In this document: positions 1-12,205 of the stretch, piece after piece | Layout: every line of letters starts with the position of its first letter | Numbering within the stretch: position 1 is the stretch's first letter | Source: Daphnia carinata | Lineage: Eukaryota | Reading direction: 5' to 3' | Length of the DNA: 64,000 nt | Assembly: GCF_022539665.2 (NCBI RefSeq) | Contig: NC_081333.1 | Location: 9,920,001 to 9,984,000, forward strand | Notes under the pieces: generated by a model | The model's input: only the letters and a program-made list of their open reading frames with translations | Database searches by the model: none | What the model was told of the DNA's origin: nothing | Program-made: the position numbers and the translations under genes

Positions 1-547
1 GTCTCCTGTTTCAAATGTCCAAACCACAGATTTAGTTGCCACCTTCCATACTTGGATGAAACCACCCATATCAGCTGTGGCAACATAGCAGCCATCATGA
101 CTAAACAGGGCACAGGTAACAGAGTCTTGATGATTGCCACACTCAAATGCAACCTCCCCATCTGAAATATTCCACACAAAAGCTTTGTCGTCTTCACCAC
201 CAGACACAACAAGTTTACTTTCTTTTGGTTCAATTGAACAACAAAATACAGAACCTAAAAAGAAAAAAAATTGACTTCGTGAAAGCTACAAACCACATGT
301 GATAAGACTTACCAGAGTGCTGTTTAAATGTTATTACTGCATCATCAGGTACATCAGCTTCATCCATTTCTCCTTCACCCTCTTCCCTCCACTCCCCATC
401 TGTCACATCTTCTTCATCTTCATTTCCTTCATACACTTCAATCACTTCAAAGTCATCGTCTTCATTCTGTGTTCCAATGCCTTCTTCGTCAGATTCATTA
501 GGCCCTTGTTCACGTGGTGAAACAGGAGGGGTATTGTTTTCTCCCAT
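1..547 (-). CDS. AAMP: WD40-repeat protein, angio-associated migratory cell protein (AAMP/Sqt1-like); 5' portion only, runs off the window start
   Basis: ATG at 547. Acidic N-terminus ([11 protein letters not shown]...[12 protein letters not shown]). Intron 312-255 (GTAAGT...TTTTAG), then [71 protein letters not shown], matching the AAMP WD40 repeats ([31 protein letters not shown]). Confidence 0.88.
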
Positions 548-1967
548 TGCTGCTGAAAACCAAAAACACAAACAATAATAAATTTAATTGTATTTGGGAA
601 AAAGAAAACAAATGCGTAAACCACTGTTTGGCAACGATATTTCTTGTTTCTACGGCGAGCGTATTTCATTAAAAACTAGACTCCTACCAGTTACAGTTGC
701 ATTTTGTATCAACTATGGCTCGTATAGGAGTGATATTATATCACACAGCTATAATTAACAACACATAATATTTTAATTCACCTGGCAAACCAACTATGTT
801 GACGAAAAATCAGTACACACGTGTTCAAAGCAGACGAAAATTATAGCTTAAATGTCGAAACGCAGAGAAAGTTGCCATATCAATAACGGTAGAACATGAG
901 AAGGACATAGGATTGGGACGGGGGAGTTTGGGATTCGGGTCGGAAGCTGGATCATTGGAGTTAACCTGTTCGAACTAGTTGTTGGAAAGGGACAGGAAAT
1001 ATCCTTCATATTTTCGTGGAATTTTATGCCAATAACAGACATCTCACGTTCACGTTCCGAAGGTTTAAAAGAAAAACAACATGGTTCTGTCGACTCTGTT
1101 TTAGGTTTGCTTATAAGCCACGAAAAATCTAATAAGCCTATAATTACGATTCCTAACATACGAAAAATCGTACAGGCCATCAAAACATAAATTACACTGG
1201 TAAATTGTTTCTGTACTTGCCAGGATTCGAACCATTCATTTAGCGTACATAATCATTTCTAGATTATTCGCACAGTAATTCTTTAAAATAAAAGCGACTA
1301 CGTATCATACTGAATAGTAATAGCAAGTCAGTTAAAAGAATTTCATGGTACAAGGAAACCTAATTATTACTACCACAATAAACATCATACTTTTAAATTT
1401 AAAAAATTTGTGGTAGACGAAGGCTGAATGCGGATTCAATATTTTAATAATTAAATGTGATTTAAAGACCCAACGTAAAACAAACTTAGACAGTAACATT
1501 GTCTGTTTTCATGTCCTAAAACGCAAACTGTTAAGAGGAAATGCTTTTTATGCTGTATTTTAAAGTTCTGATAAAAACAGGCCATTCGAGCTTGGCGCCA
1601 ATGTGCGACATTCTTTTGTTTCAGTAGTTCATGGGAATGCCGCTGTATAAATTGGCACTGCTCGGTCTTTCGCATTCTTGCAACTTGTCCAACGAGGGAA
1701 ATCACGCACTTGTGAAAACAACTGGAAAATTTCTTATTTGGGGACATTAATAATATTTTGATGGTTAAACACGTAAAAGTTGCGGTAACTGAATTTCATA
1801 CTTAGCATTTCGTACTGCCATTCCATAAAAGTTACGCTCCATTACTCCCAATAATCGTTTCGACACACAACAATGTCCATATTGTTGTTTTCACTAGTCC
1901 AGTTGTTGTGATCCTATTACAGTTAAACTTGCAAAGGCTTTTTACTTCTATTCTAGATATTGAAATA

Positions 1968-4170
<2,203 letters not shown>

Positions 4171-5814
4171 TTTCCGTTTCGCATCTTCTCGAATTCTTCG
4201 ATAACAAACTACAGAGCCCAGTTAGGTGTGCATCGCAAAGAGCACACTCGCCCTGCCAGTGCCGACTATTGAAGCCGGTGTAAAGAGAGCCACATATGTT
4301 GTCTCTTCACTAGAGTAGACACCGGTCGTTTGCCAGACAAATAAAAGCATTTAGTTGAAACAGGATTTCATGGGCTAGCTCAGAGACAGTCGCCACACGG
4401 TTTTCTTTATTTTATGTCAATCCCTTCCGATAAACTCCGGTGCAGCTGACCTTCGATAGCATGAAGTCAATCAACCTTCGGACCTACCAAGTAGTTATAC
4501 CAGTAAGAGTGAAGACATTTCCGTTGAAGAAGAGGGGAAGGGGACATTTCTAACTACGTCAAGGAAATCGGTCGTTTTTTAATAGAAGTTACCCAGTAGT
4601 AGTAAATAGCTCCGTCTTTCTCTCCTGGTCCCCAACCCCTTGTTGACCTTATTAATTATTGAAGATTTTGTTGTTTTTTTTTTGTCCTTTTTTATTGTTA
4701 TTTTGCGATCTTCTTCGAAACCCACCCAGTGAACACTTAATAAAATGGGAGACTGCTTGTTCTTTGTTTCCTTCGGTTATAGTAGGGCGTCCTTCTCCCT
4801 TCAATTTCCTTCCTGCGTAACCCTACGAAACGGTCAAATTGTTCGTTACTTCTTACTCCACGAATTACAGCTCGTATGTGGGCTGCTGCCTCTTTTCATT
4901 CGTTATCCTCCCGCCTCAAAAAACTGTTTCTCGAATCCCCTTCTTTTACCGTTGCCTATCACTGAAATTGCATATGTCGTGACTTCTCTTCCTTTGTTAT
5001 TTCCTTGTTTATCCTTCACTTATCTCCTTGTTCGAGTCTCCCAAACTATGCACCTGAGGTAACGCGTGGGACTTTGCTGTTGCAATTTTTTTGTGTATGC
5101 GCCCTTTCCTTCTCTTTTTGCTACTGTATCATACACATTTTCTGGGAATCGATTCTATTTCCTTCTTGTCTTCCCCTTTTTACTGGCAACCACACAAAAT
5201 ATGCTGAAAGATTATTTGCAGATTGATCCTTCGCTTTTTCTATTGTATTTAGATTGGTGAACACAGCAGTAAATGTTGGAAATGGAAAATGGCATCAAAC
5301 ATGCAACGGTTGTACGCTGTCCAAAATGGCTACCAAAACAAAGAAAAGCTAACTGATTGATCACCAAAACGAGGCGAACGCAAAAAGGTTAAATTATGTA
5401 TAGAATTGTATTTGGCTTTGAAAAAGCAAGATAACTGTTTGTGTCGTATTGTTTTTTTCCCCGATTTTTAGTTTCCCTTGTACACAAAGCCGTCTGATGG
5501 AAGAGCTGCGCAAGAGAGGATGTGCGATGTCTTCTGTCATGGCGGGGACTCGAGGAGCAAGGAAGGGGGTTGGACGATGCGGCGATCAATGCCACGACCT
5601 GCAAATCTGCCTCAGTGTTGGCGTAAGGCGTGCTGTGTGGAGGCGAAAGCTCTGTAGCCCGGAAATCAACGACGGGTCCCCTCCCCCCGCTCCTTATTTT
5701 TTTCTTTTTTCTTCTTCTTCATCGTCTTTTTCGTGTTGCATCGTTCGCCACCATTTTGTCGACTTCGTACTTTAATTTGCCTTAAAAAACAGAGACCGGC
5801 ATTTCTGCTCGTTT

Positions 5815-5822
5815 ATCAGTTT
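5815..5822 (+). promoter_or_regulatory. Candidate initiator (Inr, TCAGTT) for the repeat-protein gene
   Basis: ATCAGTTT matches the arthropod TCAGTY Inr consensus, ~490 nt upstream of ATG 6310. Motif match only. Confidence 0.3.
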
Positions 5823-6309
5823 CAAGCAGAATCGTATTGTGCAGAAAGTGTCTGTATGTCCGCGTTTCTACGGTAACAGGCCAGTGACCGAGTGCAGTAG
5901 AAAGGACAGTGTGCCTGAACGAGGACGACGCCACTTTTAGCGATGGCTCCCCAAAGCCTAGGTCGATTTTCAGCGTCAACATAAGGGAACGTACGACAGA
6001 ATGGGTAGAAAAAGCTGAAGGACAACTAAATAGGTGATAGGGCCATGGGCAATCGATCGATATGTCGGTAGTGTGACACGAGTCTTCGAAACCCGTCAAC
6101 CACTGTTCATTCGTCTTTTTGCCATGACTCGACATACGGATATATATTCAGCTCTGAAGACTTCAGGACAACGTGTCGAAACAATATTCATCGCGTAGTG
6201 TATCGTTCATTATGACATCGACTTTTACGTGGGGGATGTTAGAGTGATTGTGAATTTTAAGTGCTTAACCGTTTGACCTCGTATTTGAACAATATTTTAA
6301 ACGAGCATT

Positions 6310-9300
6310 ATGGCCAACAAGACAGTACGGCAGAAAAAGTTAGGACCGGCTCCGTTTGCATCGTTTGAAGATTCATTTGAGGATCTCTCCAGCCCGGAAT
6401 CTAAAGGCTATCAGCCGATGCCGGAAATTTGTGAAGAACGCAATCAGCAGACGGACAACACCAACGACGCCTCGGCGTCCACGTCCACCGCACAAACGCC
6501 GACAACGCCGAGGATCGACGTCGAGCAGGCCAGCAGTCCGTCGCAGGCGGAAAGTGGTGATTCGACACCCGAGAGGGAACTTTTCGGCCTGGATGGAATG
6601 GCCGCTGATAATTTGACGTCGGCTTTCCTGGAAGGAGCGGCCGACGTCGATCTTCGATCGTCGGCCGAAGAGATGGGCATCCCTTACTCGTCGGATTGCA
6701 GCAAGGAAAGACTTTCGAGGAATTCATCTCTCTAGCAACGGGGAAGTCGACTCCAGCCAGCAGGAGGGATACTGGGCAACAACAAGTCGGCGAAGCTCAA
6801 CATCCCGGCAACCCACTGGAACGAAGAGGATCCATGGGGAGAAACAACGGCAACAACGCTACGGATCCCTTCACATTTCCATGTCGAGAAACACGGTTGT
6901 CTTCCATCTCATCTAACGTTTCGGCCACCTCCGGCATGTCGTTCCTGTCGGCTTTCTCCGGCCGTCGATCCCCATCTCCGCATCGAATGCAATTGGAAAC
7001 ATCGTTTTGTGGGCCGAAAACGCTGGCCTCCGCTGCGGCAAGAGAGACTGCAGAGGACGAAGAGCTTCAAGATTTTGATGCTTCCAGACGTCCATCACTT
7101 CTCAATCCCTCTACGTGGTTAGGACATGGATCAAGCAGATGCGCCTCGCCTGTTGGTACTCCGTCATCCCCAGGCTTTATGCGTGCTAGCATGTTTAAGT
7201 ACGTCACGGAGCCTCGATCACGTCCTACTAGTCCTATGGGTTGGAATTCAGCAGCTCCGTCGCCGGGGACGAGTCTGACCATCGCCGGTGAGTTCCCGGG
7301 TTCTTCGCGATGGCTAGCCTCCCCCAGATGCCAAAGACGTTCCTCGTCTCCTCATAGGACATTGGTAGAGACTTCCTTCTGCGGCCATATGCAAATGAAA
7401 GTGCCTGATGATGAAGTGGCGCCCAGAGGGCCCAGCCCTATGCCTAGTACTGGCTCGCTTTTGTCCATCCAGTCACAGCCCGTCAAATATGCCACGGAAC
7501 CTCGTTCTCGGCCGGCAAGTCCGACGGCGAGCAAAAGCTATCTCAGCCTAACTCCCGTTCCGACAGATTCCCGCCGTAATTCTCTGGTTTTACCAGGTGG
7601 TCGTTGTCCATCACCAATGATCGAGACCTCCTTTTGCGGCCCGAGACATCTAGTGAGAAAAGATAGTAAAGAGGATCTTCCCAGTCTAGGTGAAGCTCCA
7701 AGAGCTCCTAGTAGTTTCTCGATGAAGCCGTCAGAAACCGGCGGCCAAGAAGCGACAACAAGTTTGCGGCCTATCAAATATGCGACAGAGCCACGTTCTA
7801 GACCAGCAAGTCCAGTACCGAATGCCCAGCACGCTATTGTAATCTCAGCATCTGTTTGCCGAACGGATTCGCCTATTTTAATCAACAGAACAGCTAGATC
7901 ACCCTCACCGCACCGAATGCGAGTAGAGACATCATTCTGCGGACCCAAGCAAATCCACCAGGAATCCGTGGCCGGAGCGAAACCAGATGATCAACTTACC
8001 AAGGAAAATGAGCCTAACGTTACAGAAGTTTCAATACATGCCCTTCCGGTCAAGTACGCAACCGAACCGAGATCTCGTCCGGTTAGTCCCAGCAATATGT
8101 TGAGTCGTAATTGTCCGACTCCGGATCCGGAAACTCGAACCATGCGATCTCCTTCTCCGATGATGGTTGAAACATCATTCTGCGGCAATAAATCATCCGT
8201 CAAGAATGATGATATTCCCGTTAATTATCAAAAGGTTGTGAATGCTGGAGAGCCGGCCCGTCAGCAGTCAACCATCCCGGTCAAATATGCAACGGAACCC
8301 CGGTCACGACCAAGCAGCCCGGGCTTGCGTTTACTGAGCAACCACACCACTCCAGTACCCGATCGACGACATCGTTCGCCTTCGCCACATCGAATGCTAG
8401 TTGAAACATCGTTTTGCGGGCCCAAACAGATGACACGTCAAGAAAGCGAAATAATCGAAGTTGTCCAATCGGTTTGTAGTCGATTACAGGGACGGGATCA
8501 AGAAGAAGCAGACGATTTATCCAACTCCTCTGGTTCCGTGTTTGAATTGCCCATCGTACGGAACCATTTTAACGAACAAACAATACAGAGTAATAGCCCA
8601 TCGTCGAGCGCAATGGCCTACGATGAGAAGCAGGAGGTAGCTGAGTTTCCGACCAATTGGCCAGACCAACCTGTCTCTGAGTTTGCAGCTACTTGGCCTA
8701 TCCTTCATATGTCGACGTTCGAATTGTCCCCAGAAAAGAAATCTAGATCGTCCTCAGAGGACACGGCCAGCCCGCCGTCACAGCGTAGCAACGGACATAT
8801 CGTATCGATGCCTTCAAAGGCTTCTACTGTAACCGCTTCGCCAATTCCGATACGATCAGGACGTCAAATGCCCAAGCCTGTGCCGTGCCCTAAGCCTCCT
8901 CAGAGCTTTCTTCCTCAATCCGACTCGTCAGCTCAGAGTTCTCCGCTAGCTTCTCCGGCTCTATCCAGACGTTTCGAATCCGCTTCACCGTCTCCTTCAT
9001 CTCCGTTCCCGAGCCGGCGGACATCGCTAGGTAGTAGTCTGAGATCAAATCAAGGAGCCGAAGATGTTCAAGCGACGGATCAACCAGCCCGTGAATTTAA
9101 TGCGAAAATAATGAAAGGCGGAGACTTATCAGATGAGAGTCCGCATCATTCGCAACCGGAAAAAATGGACAGGAAGGACGGCCATAAAGGACGGAGCGTT
9201 CTTTCCGTCCTCTTTGGAAAGCGTGGTGGGAGGAGCAAGTTAAAGGACCAAGATCTTGAAGCTGTCGACGAAAAATCAATGATGACCAGCAATCAAAACG

Positions 9301-12205
9301 GCCAGCAACAAGAATCGGCAAGTCGGATGCTTAGCCTTCCGTTGCCATCTCGCGATTCTTCACCTGGCCGATCTTTGGGAGATTCCGGTCAAAGCGGGGA
9401 CGATTTGGACGAGGCCGATGGGTTCCAACATCACGTCTTAGATGCGGGTAACGAATCAGGCGACAACCTAGTAGAATCGGAATTGGATGCCGTGCCAGGT
9501 TTAGCTCCAATATCTAGTGATTCCCCAAAAGAAGACATAAGCTTTCTTCATCAAGATTCAATAGAAGAAGAATTGCCTTTCGTTCCGACAACGTTGCCAA
9601 TCGAACGGCCTATCGCTCCGGTCATAACTCCCGTCCGGATGCGAACGAGTGAAGTCAAGACCACGCCCATTCAACGACCTCGTTGTTCCATCTCTTTCGG
9701 TCCGAGTTCCATTGGTGATTACGTCAAAATCGCCAGAGCGGATAGTGTTGTTGCGGAAGATCCGTCAGGACCTCCCACAACGCCGAAAATCATCGTATCG
9801 CTACCGAAACCGGAACGAGAAGAATCTGTTGATGATTTAGCATCAAATGTTCCTGCTGTTAAAGTGACAGTGGGCAGCGTTTGCAGCAATTGGGAAGCAT
9901 TCTCGGAACAGGTCTTTATGCAGAACTCACGAAAGCGACTCCGACAAGAGAGTGAGGAAGTGTTGGAAAAGAATGGAACTGAGCTATCTACACCTTGCGA
10001 AACAAAGCCTACACAGCCAGCGATTCCCAAATCCAGCCAATGGGTCAACGTGGAAGAGCTTCCCGAACCTGTTAAAGAAGCTAAAGCCATTAAAGTAATC
10101 AAGACCAGCGCAATAAAGGAACACACTCTGCAAACTGTGAAGGTTCAAGCGACGGAGGATGCGTCTGGGACGAGGATAGGCGAAAGAACGCCCGACGAGG
10201 ATGATGTAGACAAACATTTGGGCCTTCCGGTTCGTAAGGACTCCGTTAGCAGTGAGACGGCGCTGTTAAGGGAGATCGAAGAAGCTGAGTTGGAAGAGGA
10301 TCGATCTCCTCCCGCCGACGATGACGAGGCATCTGTTTCGATTTGTCAAAGACATTCGCAGTCGAGGTGATTGCGCACGTCTTTCAATATTCACCAAAAA
10401 CGTTTCGATGCAGTCTACACCTTTTCCTGCTTCAGTCCCTCCACCACTTTTCTCCAGCCAACTCGTATTTTTCGTTATCTTTTTCTTGCTTTTTTGCGGA
10501 GCCAAGCAGCCAGAAATGGCTTTGTTATTAATTTATCACGTCGTCGATCGCTCGTTGTTATCGTCCCCTAGTCTTGTCTTCCGATGTTAGTGCGTTAGGC
10601 TTTACCATCAATCCGGTATCATTACGTAAGATACAGATGCACTTGCGGTCATTAAAGAAGGGGGAAAAAAGTACATTCGTGTACGTTCCGCGAGGAGCAG
10701 CGTAGTCTTCAATCGTCGGTAGATCGGGTGTGTTTCCGTAGGCCTCACCAGAGATTGACTTTTGGATTCAATGTTTTTATGGCCAGACCTTCTCCGTTTC
10801 GCTCTTCTCTTCTACGAAGAAGAAAGAAAAGAAATGCGCATATCTACCCTTGCACGATATTGATTGGTTGCAGTGTCCTATCCGACTTGGTGAGGCTTTC
10901 CCCTCCACTCTTTAAAACGGCGGAGATGAAGGAAATCCTAACGATCCACTGTTGACTTATGGTTAGCATTTACTGTTATTCAACGCTCATTTTTAGAACT
11001 AAAAAACGCTGAAATGCTTGGATGCAACTACGAGAAAGCGTCTGTGAGACAGTGTACACGCAATCAATTATCGATTGTTTTCATTAAAACTAATCGTCTG
11101 CCGTCGAACGCAGCCGCTCGTCGACCGGTACAAAGCTGCTCAGAGCCATAACCGATGTAAGATTATAATGTGATGCGCATGAATATAGCAGCATTAAGAT
11201 GTTGCCTGGGCAATCGAAGTCTGTGTCGTGACCATCTCCCTGTTGTTTAATGTTCTCACGAAGGTTGTTCTGTTTTGCCCAATCCCTCTCGATCTTTTTG
11301 TATGCCAAAGGCCAGTTGGCAGTAGGCATTCTACGCAATCGATTCCGTTGGCTGTGTACAAGCGTGTATATCGCTGGCTGTTGCCCTTAGAGAGGGAGGA
11401 GGAAGGGTATATTGATGTGATATTGGGTCTTCGCCAGATATTTAATAAAAACATGGAATGACGAAAGAAACTTCCATAAATGCCAAAATTTTTAGACTAA
11501 AAATACTTCAAAGAAAAGTTATTTCGTTAGCAAGCCGAAGCCAAGAGTACCAAAGGCCGGTGCAAATTAATTTACAATTTTGATTACATATACTCACTCT
11601 CTCCTCATCCAGAAACGTAGACTTGCATTGGTGGAGTATTGATCTTCTTTTTTTCGCGATAGTTCTGCTTTCACTCGCTATGCCCCCAAAATCCTATTTC
11701 TCTACACATCCAATCCTTCACGACTTCCACCGTTCATGTTTGCCTTAGTCTGTTCGCAATCGTCGCACTTTTTCTGTTGTTTTTTCTGTTCAACTGTAGC
11801 CTTTCTATTCTCCTTCGGTGTTCTCGTGTTACACACCATCGACTAAATGTAACACGCAAAACAAACATCAGACACGGCATTTCGTTGCTAGCAATGTGAT
11901 GCATTACACACATTTTTCTTTTTATGTTTAGTTCTCTGGCTGAATTGGATAGCAACCTCGACGACGTGGAAGCCACAGAATTGGCCAATTCCAATTTGCT
12001 TTCCGTCGCACCATTTGGCATGGATTTAGACGTCCACAGTAACCGGAGCTCTGTGGTAGCGCCGGTATGATTAATCGCAAGCTATTTCTGTTCAAAACTG
12101 TGGTCCCAATATAATTTAACGTTTTCCCAACTATCTTTACAGAGCGAAGAAATAGCCAGTAGCAGCCCGGAGGACGAGGAAGAATTACCCATATCAACGC
12201 AGTAG
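6310..12205 (+). CDS. Uncharacterised large Ser/Pro-rich, low-complexity protein with internal ETSFCG and KYATEPRSRP repeats; reading frame broken near 6730
   Basis: ORF1 6310-6735 (141 aa) overlaps ORF2 (frame open 6612-10370). Donor AG|GTGATT at 10367, exon 11932-12064 (SSLAELDSNLDDVEATELANSNLLSVAPFGMDLDVHSNRSSVVAP), intron 12065-12142, and last exon 12143-12205 (SEEIASSSPEDEEELPISTQ*) all join in phase. A 3.7-kb open frame with recurring peptide motifs is very unlikely to be non-coding. Confidence 0.8.
6960..8430 (+). repeat. Intragenic peptide repeat: 6x (S)PSP(HR)Mx(V)ETSFCG alternating with 5x KY(A/V)TEPRSRPxSP
   Basis: ETSFCG units near 7000, 7370, 7625, 7930, 8170 and 8405. KYxTEPRSRPxSP units near 7200, 7485, 7775, 8050 and 8285. 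Motif peptides are conserved while synonymous positions and linkers have diverged. Confidence 0.92.

Noticed and set aside
4745..6135. Several 60-120 aa Phe/Leu/Cys-rich ORFs after Akt
   Set aside because: Composition reflects T-rich 3' UTR and promoter DNA; no recognisable motifs or splice support.
6733..7121. Stop-codon read-through at TAG-CAA (resembles the leaky UAG-CAR-YYA context)
   Set aside because: Context is TAG CAA CGG, not CARYYA. Read-through stays in the ORF1 frame, which yields motif-less sequence and stops near 7120; the conserved repeats are in the other frame.
6401..10505. Antisense and alternate-frame ORFs over the repeat gene (also over stoned, ATP9, NHE and AFG3L2)
   Set aside because: Shadow ORFs expected opposite GC-richer coding sequence; no independent evidence.
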